Made by a program: the position numbers and the translations under genes. 64,000 bases of DNA, from positions 44,526 through 108,525 of the IMG/VR virus record IMGVR_UViG_3300020478_000004, one strand, 5' to 3'. This document shows, piece by piece, positions 30,706 to 40,385 of this stretch; within the stretch, counting starts at the first letter, position 1, and every line of letters starts with the position of its first letter. This DNA is from a virus. The notes under the pieces were generated by a model that was not told where the DNA came from, did no database searches, and worked only from the letters and a program-made list of their open reading frames with translations.

Positions 30706-30996
30706 ATGAAGTTTACAGTATTAGTTTTATTGAGTTTTATGTTTATGGGATGTGTAGGATTATATGCTGATTCAGATATTAATACACGATTGGATCAGGC
30801 AAGTAAAACAAAATGGCGTTCTCAATCCTGGCCGTTCATGCAATATCCAGCAGATGAGAAAAAGCTCACAAAGTTTTTAGCTAGTACATCTTTGTATAAA
30901 GATTGCGTAGCTAAGAAAGGTCATGTAACACAAATGTACCAGGATGGTATGATTGGTGACTTAACTCTTATTTGTGAAGAGAAAGTTGGAAGATAA
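30706..30996 (+). CDS. Putative lipoprotein
   Basis: Signal peptide with lipobox-like FMGC. Confidence 0.5.
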   Translation: MKFTVLVLLSFMFMGCVGLYADSDINTRLDQASKTKWRSQSWPFMQYPADEKKLTKFLASTSLYKDCVAKKGHVTQMYQDGMIGDLTLICEEKVGR

Positions 30997-31188
30997 ATGC
31001 CTTTATATCCATATCTATGTCGCAGGTGTTGTTGGACTGAAACACTTGACATAGAAGTTAAGGATAGGGATAAAAAGCAATGGTGTGATTCTTGTCGGGA
31101 ACATACGCTAGACAGGACGTCATGGCGTATAAAACCCGAAGGATGGTACACAAACGAACATGGTGTAGTAACTATTAGAAAGGAATAG
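30997..31188 (+). CDS. FmdB-like zinc-ribbon protein
   Basis: MPLYPYLCRRC...CDSC. Confidence 0.6.
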   Translation: MPLYPYLCRRCCWTETLDIEVKDRDKKQWCDSCREHTLDRTSWRIKPEGWYTNEHGVVTIRKE

Positions 31189-31331
31189 ATGTTTGGAATA
31201 TGTAAAAAAATATGTCGTTGGTTATGTCCAGAGAAACCTCTGGTATTAAAAAACGAAGTAAAAACAAAGAAAAAGAAAAAGTATAAACGTAAAGCTAACC
31301 CTTATGGTGGCAAATGGAATGGGAGGTTATA

Positions 31332-31526
31332 ATGTCAAAAGAACTTAACGAAAACGAAACACGCCCTAGAATTTATGAGCGTAATCCTGATACAGGAGTT
31401 ATTCGTTGGAGATATGTTGGTGAAAGTCCTGACGATTATGGATGGCCAAATTATGGCAACATTCTTACTAAAGAGGAAGAGAAAGAGTTGGATAAAGATT
31501 GTAAAGATGGAGGTTGTAAGTTGTGA
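31332..31526 (+). CDS. Small hypothetical protein
   Basis: GGAGG RBS before MSKEL; IYERNPDTG..RWR. Confidence 0.55.
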   Translation: MSKELNENETRPRIYERNPDTGVIRWRYVGESPDDYGWPNYGNILTKEEEKELDKDCKDGGCKL

Positions 31527-31648
31527 GAAGCAAAGATGAATATCAAGATTTAGCTGATTGTATTCGTTCTGATCAATTATCTGCTAGACAAGTAGTAGAT
31601 GAAATGGAGGCTGATCCGGAATTTGCAAAATGGTATAAAAAGAAGTAC

Positions 31649-31677
31649 TTGACAAATAATGAAGAATAAAGTATACT
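31649..31677 (+). promoter_or_regulatory. sigma70 promoter
   Basis: TTGACA-17 nt-TATACT. Confidence 0.75.
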
Positions 31678-31683
31678 AGTACT

Positions 31684-32139
31684 ATGTATAATAAAGAACT
31701 ATTCATGGCGCTTGACAAAGATAGTAAAGGCGTATGGGACGAATATACTGATGACGAGCGTACACAAATTATTAAAGAAAAGTTTTGGTTACTAAATCGT
31801 TATATGAGTTTAGTCAACGGCACACAGGCAGAAGAAGAATTTGCTGTTACGGCTACAAACGAACTGTATAATATAAATTGGGCTATAGTTAGTAAACATC
31901 CTAAATTACTTTGGCAATTGTTATGTTGTACACATAATCCAGAAAGAAAAGAACGAAGTCATGGTTGGATAGCCTTAAAGAAAAAAGGTAGCAAAGATCC
32001 AAAAACAAAGTTCTTATTAGAACTATATCCAAATAAAAAACAAGACGAGGTTGAATTACTTGCTAGAATATCTACAAAAGCGGAACTTAAACAACTCGCC
32101 CAAGATTTGGGATACGAGAAAAAAGATGTCAAGTTCTAA
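31684..32139 (+). CDS. Putative clamp-loader small subunit (gp62-like)
   Basis: WLLNRYMS...NE..N...HPKLLWQLL pattern; replication context. Confidence 0.45.
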   Translation: MYNKELFMALDKDSKGVWDEYTDDERTQIIKEKFWLLNRYMSLVNGTQAEEEFAVTATNELYNINWAIVSKHPKLLWQLLCCTHNPERKERSHGWIALKKKGSKDPKTKFLLELYPNKKQDEVELLARISTKAELKQLAQDLGYEKKDVKF

Positions 32140-32812
32140 ACCATATATTTGTAAATACTGTGGAACAGGATACACAAGAGAAAAAACTCTTGCTGTTCAT
32201 ATGTGCGAAAAGAAAAGACGCCATATGCAAAAAGACGAGAAAAGAGTACAATTAGGATACTTAACGTTTAATAGGTTCTATCAATTGTGCCAAAAGTTTG
32301 AAGGAAATAAAACTTATGAAGAATTTTGTGATAGCCCTTATTATAATGCTTTTGTTAAGTTTGGGAGTTTTCTCAATAACGTGCGACCTCTTTATCCTGA
32401 CAAATACATCGATTATGTCGTAACAAGTGGTGTTAAACTTGATCATTGGTGCAGAGACGAATTATATGAAAAGTATGCATTGAATTTAATTCTTAAAGAA
32501 AGTGTTGAAACTGCACTTGAAAGAAGTATTAAAACAATGATGGATTGGTCAGAAGAAAAAGAAGCTCCTTGGCAACATTATTTTTCTTATGTTAGTTTAA
32601 ATCGTGCTTGCCAAGATATTAAAGATGGGAAAGTAAGTCCGTGGCTAATACTTAATACTAAGAGCGGAAAAGAAATGTTAGCAAAATTTAGTGACGAACA
32701 ATTACAAATTGTATTTCACGTTATGAATCCACAACATTGGGCTATGAGATTTAAAAGACACGTAGCTGATGTAGAGCTAGTTAAGGAAGTAGCAAAAGAA
32801 AGTAATTTATGA
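32126..32812 (+). CDS. C2H2/C2HC zinc-finger hypothetical protein
   Basis: YICKYCGTGYTREKTLAVHMC. Confidence 0.65.
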   Translation: MSSSKPYICKYCGTGYTREKTLAVHMCEKKRRHMQKDEKRVQLGYLTFNRFYQLCQKFEGNKTYEEFCDSPYYNAFVKFGSFLNNVRPLYPDKYIDYVVTSGVKLDHWCRDELYEKYALNLILKESVETALERSIKTMMDWSEEKEAPWQHYFSYVSLNRACQDIKDGKVSPWLILNTKSGKEMLAKFSDEQLQIVFHVMNPQHWAMRFKRHVADVELVKEVAKESNL

Positions 32813-33042
32813 AAAAAGACGATAAATTTAAAGCACATGGTATTATAATAGAAGATATTCAAGCACAAGTTAGTATTGAAAAAGATGACTCTGTAACTAT
32901 TAAATTTGTTGGGTTTAAATCTAATGGCTCTGCACAAGAATATGCAAATAGAATTCTTGCTAACATGGGATTTATATTAGAAATGATAGAAGAAAATGCT
33001 CCTAATGAACCTAAAGGGCAAATTAAAAAGACGATACACTAA
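32809..33042 (+). CDS. Small hypothetical protein
   Basis: Overlap-coupled ORF. Confidence 0.5.
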   Translation: MKKDDKFKAHGIIIEDIQAQVSIEKDDSVTIKFVGFKSNGSAQEYANRILANMGFILEMIEENAPNEPKGQIKKTIH

Positions 33043-33632
33043 TGCCAGATATTGATATAGACTTTGCTAATAGAGATGTTATATTAGAAAAAATAAAACA
33101 TCGAGTAGCAAGATTAAACAAAGAAAAGAAACATAATACAGGAGTTTACTTTACAGAAATTCCAAGCAATCCTGTAGATAATATGTCAACTGTTGATTAT
33201 AAGACTGCTGAAAATCGTGGCTATTTCAAATTAGATTTTCTAAATGTAAGTCTGTATAAAGACATAAAAAATGAAGATCATCTAAATACGTTAGTACATA
33301 AGGAACCGTTATGGACACTTCTAGAACACGAAGATTTCGTCAAAAAATTATTTCACGTAGGCGAACATTTTTCAATTTTAAAAAGCATGAAACCAAAGTC
33401 AGTAGAACAACTCGCTATGGTCCTAGCAGTAATACGACCAGGGAAACGTCACCTACTAGGGAAGACGTGGAACGATATGAAAGAGACAATATGGGAGAAA
33501 CCGAAAAACAATGAATACTATTTCAAAAAAGCTCACGCAGTTGCCTACGCTATGGCAATTGTGGTACAAATAAATTTGATATGTGAGCAATTGAATGAAG
33601 GGAGCAACACTAATCCAGTGTCAACGATGTAG
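33042..33632 (+). CDS. Minimal DNA polymerase III alpha (DnaE)-like catalytic core
   Basis: PDIDIDF, KHNTGV, FKLDFL, IRPG, FKKAHAVAYA within 196 aa. Confidence 0.85.
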   Translation: MPDIDIDFANRDVILEKIKHRVARLNKEKKHNTGVYFTEIPSNPVDNMSTVDYKTAENRGYFKLDFLNVSLYKDIKNEDHLNTLVHKEPLWTLLEHEDFVKKLFHVGEHFSILKSMKPKSVEQLAMVLAVIRPGKRHLLGKTWNDMKETIWEKPKNNEYYFKKAHAVAYAMAIVVQINLICEQLNEGSNTNPVSTM

Positions 33633-33688
33633 AGTTGGTAGCTTGATATATATTAAAGAGAATATATGGAAGTGTAATACGTGCAAAC

Positions 33689-34204
33689 ATGAATTCAGAA
33701 AATTTTGGCAAAGTAAAAATAATAGACAATTGGATAGATAAAGATTTTATTGATCATTTATCCGATCAATTTTTGTATAGTTATCCACATTACTTTGTTG
33801 AAAGCTCATTGAACACAAAACCTAATATGTACTCGCATGATTTCCCGCCAGGAAATCCTATAATTAGTATGCTATCAGAAAAGATACAAAAACAATTCGG
33901 ACCTAAACTTAATTTTACTAGAGTTTATTTTAATGTTGCACACCCAGGAATGAACGGAAGTTTTCATGTAGACTCTAAAGATCCAAATGCTGGTCCTTCT
34001 ATAATGTTAATGGTTACACCTAAAGGCGAAGGAGGTGAATTTTTTTATAAACCCGACCCAACCGATAACTTATGTATAGAAAAAATAGAATATGAACAGA
34101 ATAGATTGCTCGTATTTAATTCACACATGGAACACTACGGACAATCATTTACTAACAAACCTCGAATAACTTTGGTATTTAAAACTTATGTCGAACCCAA
34201 TTAA
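33689..34204 (+). CDS. 2OG-Fe(II) oxygenase; close paralog of 21308..21781
   Basis: HPGMNGSFHVDS and PR[IL]TLVF.TYV shared by both. Confidence 0.8.
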   Translation: MNSENFGKVKIIDNWIDKDFIDHLSDQFLYSYPHYFVESSLNTKPNMYSHDFPPGNPIISMLSEKIQKQFGPKLNFTRVYFNVAHPGMNGSFHVDSKDPNAGPSIMLMVTPKGEGGEFFYKPDPTDNLCIEKIEYEQNRLLVFNSHMEHYGQSFTNKPRITLVFKTYVEPN

Positions 34205-34910
34205 AGTTAAATTTTTTACACCTTTTGCTGAATTACAAGAAACATTACCACCAGTTCCAGCTAGTAAGTTTTGGCCTGAATGGTTTAAAAATGCACCAGG
34301 AACACGACCCGGTACTGAAGGATACCACAAAGATTCTAGAACTGTAAAGAGCTGTCCAGGCATATTAGATATGCTTAATATGGGATATATTATTCCACTA
34401 TGGGCGGATTATAAAGTTACTAGACAAGAAGATGGAAATGTAAACTGGCAAGTACCTTCATTAAGCAACGGTCGTTCTATGTATGGAGCAGGAATTCATC
34501 CACATGATCAAATAGAAAGTTATCCTTTTGAAGAAGATACTTATAAAGGTTCATTTAAGTTTCAAAATCCTTGGGAAGTAAAAACTCCTAAAGGATATAG
34601 TTGTATTATGATTCATCCTTTTTATAATAAACATCCTAACTTACAAGTTTTAACTGGAAATGTTGATACTGATTATTATCATGAACTTCATGTAAATTCT
34701 TTCTTTACTGCTCCAGTAAATAAAACAATTTTATTTGAGTATGGTATGCCACTAGTGCAAATTATTCCTTATAAAAGAGACGAATATGAAATGGAAGCAT
34801 TAGCTGGAGATCATCGTACAAGAGATAATATTCTAACACAGTTTATACACAATTCTATATTTGCTCCTCAGCATTATAGAAAAAATCTATCTCCTAAACG
34901 ATACAAATAG
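34188..34910 (+). CDS. Hypothetical beta-rich protein; paralog of 26935..27693
   Basis: TVKSCPG, GYIIPLW, KFQNPW.VKTPKGYS, GMPLVQIIP. Confidence 0.65.
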   Translation: MSNPIKVKFFTPFAELQETLPPVPASKFWPEWFKNAPGTRPGTEGYHKDSRTVKSCPGILDMLNMGYIIPLWADYKVTRQEDGNVNWQVPSLSNGRSMYGAGIHPHDQIESYPFEEDTYKGSFKFQNPWEVKTPKGYSCIMIHPFYNKHPNLQVLTGNVDTDYYHELHVNSFFTAPVNKTILFEYGMPLVQIIPYKRDEYEMEALAGDHRTRDNILTQFIHNSIFAPQHYRKNLSPKRYK

Positions 34911-35282
34911 TTAAGATTTTGGCTTTCTAATTAATTGGACACTCTTTCGTTTAACTCGCTTTACAGATAAGTTACCTAAATTTACAATAGGTCCTACTGT
35001 TACTTTAACATCTTTGCTATTCATAGTAACTAAGGCGTGTTTAAATCTAGTGAATTCTTTAGGTAAGAAGATACTTATAGGAATAGTTCTATTGCTTTCA
35101 AACCACCAAGTCTCTCCCATGCGTATAAAATGCTCTTTTTCTTCAGCTTCTCTGAGCATAGTATATACGTACATGGAAGTAACGTGTTGATCTTGATTAG
35201 CAATTATACCTATATATTCGTCACCCCCGTATTGTACAACACTTAAAAAGGGGAAATTTGTTTCTATATCTTTTAATAGCAT
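34911..35282 (-). CDS. Hypothetical protein
   Basis: Lone - strand ORF abutting the previous stop; WWFESNR.IPI. Confidence 0.7.
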   Translation of the reverse strand: MLLKDIETNFPFLSVVQYGGDEYIGIIANQDQHVTSMYVYTMLREAEEKEHFIRMGETWWFESNRTIPISIFLPKEFTRFKHALVTMNSKDVKVTVGPIVNLGNLSVKRVKRKSVQLIRKPKS

Positions 35283-35322
35283 CTTTCAAATAAATACACT
35301 TATATAAAATAGTGAGAACATT

Positions 35323-36111
35323 ATGCAGTTAACACCTAGATATTTATCAACCAATAAAGCCATAGTCATAGCAGATTTGGCTAATAACATAACGGAGTAT
35401 AGACCAGTGTACCAGAGAAATTTACAAGTATATAAAGGCATAGATAACGTATTGACCTTTGAGATTCAGAATCCAGATCAGAAACCTTTAAGTATATTAA
35501 ACATTTACACGCCTAAATTTGTGGCGTTTGATGAAAATAACAATCTTGTCATTGAACATGATGGAACAATTAAAGAAACATCTACTCCTTCATTTAAAGG
35601 ACAATTTACTGTAACAGTGACAGAAAACGATCTATTAGATTTAAAATCGCAATACCTAAGCTATAACATTTATCTTATAAAAACTGCGGATTTATCAAAA
35701 GTATTAACGTATGCAAACACTCACTATAACGCACACGGAACTATATTTGTAAGTGCTGAAGCATTCCCTGGTCCTTCTACAACTTATACTGTAAAAACAT
35801 TTAGTGAAACTGCTGTAGATAGCAAAGTATTTGTAAGTGAATCTGTTACTGCCGAGCCGGCTAAAAATGGAAACGAAGCATTACATACTGCGGCATTTTA
35901 TACAACTGGTTTTGAAGGAACAGTACATATTGATGCTACATTGGATAATGCAGTTACACTTGCTACTAAATGGGGCGAAGTTGCCCAACTTACTTTGGAC
36001 AGTCCAACACAACCACAATACGTAAATTTTAATGGCGTATTCTCACACATAAGAGCTAGATATCAAAACAAAGTATCAGGTACAATTGATCAAGTATTGA
36101 TAAAAAACTAG
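35323..36111 (+). CDS. Virion/baseplate-associated protein (BppU-like N-terminus)
   Basis: VYKGIDNVLTFEIQN.DQKP; beta-rich; TAAATA upstream. Confidence 0.5.
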   Translation: MQLTPRYLSTNKAIVIADLANNITEYRPVYQRNLQVYKGIDNVLTFEIQNPDQKPLSILNIYTPKFVAFDENNNLVIEHDGTIKETSTPSFKGQFTVTVTENDLLDLKSQYLSYNIYLIKTADLSKVLTYANTHYNAHGTIFVSAEAFPGPSTTYTVKTFSETAVDSKVFVSESVTAEPAKNGNEALHTAAFYTTGFEGTVHIDATLDNAVTLATKWGEVAQLTLDSPTQPQYVNFNGVFSHIRARYQNKVSGTIDQVLIKN

Positions 36112-36140
36112 TTGACTTTTTCGCTAGTTTCTCATATAAT
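36112..36140 (+). promoter_or_regulatory. sigma70 promoter for primase
   Basis: TTGACT-17 nt-TATAAT. Confidence 0.75.
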
Positions 36141-36146
36141 AGTAAT

Positions 36147-37127
36147 ATGAGTAATCTAGTTCATGATACATTATTTTCGCACTTACCGGCAAAACGGAAA
36201 ACCACTCCGAGTGGATGGACTAGTTTTAATGCACCATGTTGTCACCATAATGGTGAAACTCAAGATAAAAGAGCAAGAGGCGGATTAATAACAAACGGTG
36301 ATGGTGGAATTAGCTTTCATTGTTTTAATTGTGGATTCAAAGCAAGTTATCAAAAAGGTCGTAAACTTTCTAGAAAGATGCGTAATCTTTTAGAATGGTT
36401 AGGAGCATCTGATAGCGTTATAACTTCACTTGCATTACAAGTTTTAGAATTTAATGAAAGCAATCCAGATTATAAAGTATTACCAGAACTTCCAAAATTT
36501 AAAGATGTAGAATTACCAAAAGGTGCAAAACCTATTACAGAATATAGCGATAATAATTTTACTAATAAGGTACTAGACTATATGAAACAACGTCAATTAA
36601 ATGTTGACGATTATAATTTTCATTGGAGTCCCGAACTTGGTTATCGTGATAGATTAATTATTCCGTTTTATTACAATGAAAGAATTGTTGGTTGGACAGC
36701 AAGAAAAATTACAGATGGCAGACCCAAATATATGTCCGAACAACAACCTGGTTATGTATTCAATTTAGATAATCAGGACTATAGAAGGTTATTTGTAATA
36801 CTTGTAGAAGGTCCAATAGATGCAATAAACATTGACGGTTGTGCATTAATGGGTAGCGAAGTCAGAGATCAACAAGCACTATTGGTGAATAGTTTAAATA
36901 AGCAAGTAATAGTTTTGCCAGATAGAGACAAAGCAGGTATTAAACTAGTTGAAGAATCTATAGAGTTAGGTTGGTCAGTTAGTATGCCAGAATGGGAAGA
37001 TGACGTGAGAGATGTTAATGATGCAATCCAAAAATATGGAAGAATGTTTACACTACACACCATTGTTTCTTATGCAGAAGAAAACGAATTAAAAATTAAA
37101 TTAAGGAGCAAAAAATGGTTTGGTTAA
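36147..37127 (+). CDS. DNA primase (gp61-like)
   Basis: Zn finger CCH...HCFNCG; TOPRIM VEGPIDA, PDRDKAG, DVND. Confidence 0.92.
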   Translation: MSNLVHDTLFSHLPAKRKTTPSGWTSFNAPCCHHNGETQDKRARGGLITNGDGGISFHCFNCGFKASYQKGRKLSRKMRNLLEWLGASDSVITSLALQVLEFNESNPDYKVLPELPKFKDVELPKGAKPITEYSDNNFTNKVLDYMKQRQLNVDDYNFHWSPELGYRDRLIIPFYYNERIVGWTARKITDGRPKYMSEQQPGYVFNLDNQDYRRLFVILVEGPIDAINIDGCALMGSEVRDQQALLVNSLNKQVIVLPDRDKAGIKLVEESIELGWSVSMPEWEDDVRDVNDAIQKYGRMFTLHTIVSYAEENELKIKLRSKKWFG

Positions 37128-37237
37128 AAAAACTTTGGACTAAAGTTTGTACACCGTTCAAACAATGGCGAGAAAATCGTCGCTTTAAAAAAAGAATAAA
37201 AGAACTCCAGAAAAAGGATCCTTTTATTTACAAGTAG
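37115..37237 (+). CDS. Small basic protein (40 aa; not in ORF track)
   Basis: MVWLKKLW...RIKELQKKDPFIYK with GGAG RBS. Confidence 0.55.
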   Translation: MVWLKKLWTKVCTPFKQWRENRRFKKRIKELQKKDPFIYK

Positions 37238-37247
37238 GAAAGGTAGC

Positions 37248-37493
37248 ATGATGTTAGGACACGAACAAGACGAAGAAAAATTAGAAATTGCATATAGAAA
37301 GTTTGAAAAACTAACAGAAGAATTATGTAAGAACGGCCAACATGGACCATTAGAAGTTGCAGGAGTTATGATGGCACAAGCTATGCGAATCTATAAAACT
37401 GCACTTAAAGAAGAAGACTTTGATCATCTTATTGAAACTATTTTAGAGAGTAGACATGGAATTACTCCGATACAGAAACCTACAATAAACTAA
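37248..37493 (+). CDS. Hypothetical protein
   Basis: Packed ORF. Confidence 0.6.
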   Translation: MMLGHEQDEEKLEIAYRKFEKLTEELCKNGQHGPLEVAGVMMAQAMRIYKTALKEEDFDHLIETILESRHGITPIQKPTIN

Positions 37494-37494
37494 T

Positions 37495-37818
37495 ATGCCT
37501 AAGAAGAGAGAAAAACTGGATGACAAAATCAAAGCCCTAGATTCAACAAGAGTTTTTAAAAAAATAACACCGAAGGGAGACCTTAGCTGGTACGTTAAGT
37601 GGACAGCTAGTGTTATTATTTTACAGGGGATGGTGTTAACAAGTATCGGAGGATTAGAACCTTGGAACTTGGTACTACACTTTATTGGAGTAACAGGTTG
37701 GTTAGTAGTTGGTTTGTTATGGCATGATAGAGCTTTAATTTTTATTAATACAGCGGCCGCAGTTATATTTGGTACAGGTATATTAAGAATTATATTGGAG
37801 AATTATAATGGCGTTTGA
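37495..37818 (+). CDS. Small multi-TM membrane protein
   Basis: WYVKW...GWLVVGLLWHDRAL. Confidence 0.65.
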   Translation: MPKKREKLDDKIKALDSTRVFKKITPKGDLSWYVKWTASVIILQGMVLTSIGGLEPWNLVLHFIGVTGWLVVGLLWHDRALIFINTAAAVIFGTGILRIILENYNGV

Positions 37819-38449
37819 TATATTAAGACCTTTTGGTCCTTCAATCTATCATTCAACAATGTCTGATGAGATGTTAAACACTTGTAAAAAAATTGCAGAA
37901 GACAGTCGTAGTGACGGTGCAGATATGCGTCAGAGACTAGCAGGCAATATCGCTAGAGAACGTCGATGGGTAGTTGACGATGAAGTACAACATACCTTTT
38001 ATTATCAGTTAAAAGAACATCTTCATAACTTTTCTGAAGCAGAAAATAAAAGATTTCAGAATCAATTAATTAATCCAGGAGTCATGCCTGATCTTGATAA
38101 AATGGAATATCAGTTTATTACTGACCCGTGGATTAATTATCAATTAGCTAACGAGTTTAATCCAATTCATTCTCATCATGGACAATATAGTGCAGTCTTA
38201 TATATTAATGTGCCAGAAGTAATTGCAGAAGAAAATATACACAGCCAAAGTAATATGGCGTGTAGCGGACAAATAGAATTTGTCGGCGATGCAAGTGATA
38301 GAGTAGGAGCAAACGGAACACACAAAATTATTCCGAAGACTGGAGACATATTACTATTTGATGCTAAATTAAAACATTGTGTATATCCGTTTAAAAGTGA
38401 AGTAGAAAGAATCAGTATGAGTTTTAATATTGCAGTTAATTTTCAATAA
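37808..38449 (+). CDS. Putative 2OG-Fe(II) oxygenase
   Basis: EFNPIHSH, SAVLY, GDILLF..LKHCVYPF, RISMSFN. Confidence 0.82.
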   Translation: MAFDILRPFGPSIYHSTMSDEMLNTCKKIAEDSRSDGADMRQRLAGNIARERRWVVDDEVQHTFYYQLKEHLHNFSEAENKRFQNQLINPGVMPDLDKMEYQFITDPWINYQLANEFNPIHSHHGQYSAVLYINVPEVIAEENIHSQSNMACSGQIEFVGDASDRVGANGTHKIIPKTGDILLFDAKLKHCVYPFKSEVERISMSFNIAVNFQ

Positions 38450-38460
38450 GGAGGGTGTTT

Positions 38461-38808
38461 ATGTTAGATGGACATTTTATAGATCCAGCAGACGCATATG
38501 ACAATCAGAACATTAAAGATTTTATAATGGTGTATTGTCCTAAATGCCAAGAAAGAGTTGAGTTTCCAATTACTCATAGTGGAGCAAATGGAAATTTTTT
38601 TCAAGCAATTAATATTCCTGTCGAGATTGCAACTGTTATGAAATGGGATAAGAAAGACGTTTTTTGTGAAAATTGTAATTTACAATTAGATGTCGAAAAA
38701 GAATTCGAACAACCAAAACGTGTCGAATTAAAGGTACGTATAGATTGTTCAGATATGGACCCAGGAATGGATTCATGGTATGATGAACACGGAAGAGGAT
38801 ATGATTAA
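38461..38808 (+). CDS. Zinc-ribbon hypothetical protein
   Basis: CPKC...CENC. Confidence 0.55.
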   Translation: MLDGHFIDPADAYDNQNIKDFIMVYCPKCQERVEFPITHSGANGNFFQAINIPVEIATVMKWDKKDVFCENCNLQLDVEKEFEQPKRVELKVRIDCSDMDPGMDSWYDEHGRGYD

Positions 38809-38817
38809 GGAGAAAAA

Positions 38818-39405
38818 ATGTCGCAATTAATACCGATGGTCGTAGAGTCGACTAACAAAGGCGAACGTGCATATGACATTTATAGTAGGCTATTAAAAGA
38901 TAGAATTATCTTTTTAACAGGACCTATTGATGAGAATGTTGCCGCATCAGTTTGTGCCCAACTACTATTTTTAGAATCAGTTAGTAAGGATAAAGATATC
39001 TCAATGTACATACAATCGCCAGGAGGATATGTTCATTCTGGATTAGCAATTTATGATACAATGCAATATATTAAACCTGATGTAACAACTGTTTGTATAG
39101 GTATGGCGGCATCAGCTGGCTCTATGTTATTAATGGCAGGAGCAAAAGGAAAACGTATTGCATTACCTAATAGTAAAATAATGATTCACCAACCGTCAGG
39201 TGGCTTTAAAGGACAAGCAACTGATATGGAGATTCATGTTAAAGATATTATGGAAACGAAAGATCGTTTGAACAAACTGTATGCTAAACATACAGGAACA
39301 GAACTTAAAGTTATTCAAGATGCTATGGAACGTGATAATTTTATGTTACCTCAGGAGGCAATTGAGTTTGGTCTTATTGATCGAATTGAGGAGAATCGTA
39401 AGTGA
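38818..39405 (+). CDS. clpP: ATP-dependent Clp protease proteolytic subunit
   Basis: [27 protein letters not shown] (Ser), IMIHQP (His), ERDNF (Asp). Confidence 0.96.
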   Translation: MSQLIPMVVESTNKGERAYDIYSRLLKDRIIFLTGPIDENVAASVCAQLLFLESVSKDKDISMYIQSPGGYVHSGLAIYDTMQYIKPDVTTVCIGMAASAGSMLLMAGAKGKRIALPNSKIMIHQPSGGFKGQATDMEIHVKDIMETKDRLNKLYAKHTGTELKVIQDAMERDNFMLPQEAIEFGLIDRIEENRK

Positions 39406-40385
39406 TAACTTGGGGAATGGTCGGTAATAGTCACGATGCCAGTATAGCAGTTTTTAAAGACGAAACGCTAGTATGGTCGGCTCTGGCTAAAGACTTTTCT
39501 AAAATAGACAACGATCCGCATTTAAATCCAGAACTTATTAATGCCGCCAAACAAGCTGGTGGCTGGCGAGATCCTGACGAAATTGTATGGTACGAAACAC
39601 CGTGGCTTAAAACTTTAAGACAATGGTGGGCTGGACAAGGTTGGTTAGGAAAAGAAAATAATATTGAAAAATATTTAAAACAATGGAATTTAAAATGTCC
39701 TATTAAGTATGCTATACATCATCACAGCCATGCCGCCTACGGATGGTACACTAGTGGATTTGAAGATGCTACTATATTAGTTCTAGATAGTATAGGTGAG
39801 TTTGAAACATTTACTATATGGCGTGCCACAGATCATCTTAAAAAAATTTATACACAAAGATATCCACATAGTGTTGGATTATTTTATTCTGCTATGACTC
39901 AACGTTTAGGCTTCAAAGCAAACAGAGATGAATATAAAGTTGCTGAACTAGGTGCTCCTATTAGAACTGAAGAAAATTTACACTTAATAAATGACATGGT
40001 AGAAACTTTCGTTGAACCTGAATTAGGTGGAGAAATGCCTGGAGTTCATTTCAAAGTTAATATGCATAAAGGGTGTGATTGGTATAAACCTGAATTAACA
40101 TCAGATATGGATTTGGCAAGACTTGCAAATGCAACACAATTTGTATTTGAATTAATGCTCAAATCAAATAGTAAATGGTGTTTAAAACATCTTCCAAGTC
40201 GTAATCTTATTATTACAGGCGGATGTGCATTGAATAAACAAGCGGTTAATTTAATTCAAAAAGAATGGGATAATATTTGGGTACCACCAAATCCAGGCGA
40301 CCCTGGATCATGTATTGGAGCAGTATTATCAAGAACAAAAAAACATATTGACTTTAACCCTAAAGTATGGTATAATAATAACTAA
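39402..40385 (+). CDS. Carbamoyltransferase (NodU/CmcH) N-terminal-type domain
   Basis: [39 protein letters not shown]; no C-terminal YrdC-like domain. Confidence 0.85.
   Translation: MITWGMVGNSHDASIAVFKDETLVWSALAKDFSKIDNDPHLNPELINAAKQAGGWRDPDEIVWYETPWLKTLRQWWAGQGWLGKENNIEKYLKQWNLKCPIKYAIHHHSHAAYGWYTSGFEDATILVLDSIGEFETFTIWRATDHLKKIYTQRYPHSVGLFYSAMTQRLGFKANRDEYKVAELGAPIRTEENLHLINDMVETFVEPELGGEMPGVHFKVNMHKGCDWYKPELTSDMDLARLANATQFVFELMLKSNSKWCLKHLPSRNLIITGGCALNKQAVNLIQKEWDNIWVPPNPGDPGSCIGAVLSRTKKHIDFNPKVWYNNN
40348..40376 (+). promoter_or_regulatory. sigma70 promoter for helicase
   Basis: TTGACT-17 nt-TATAAT with extended TG. Confidence 0.75.
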
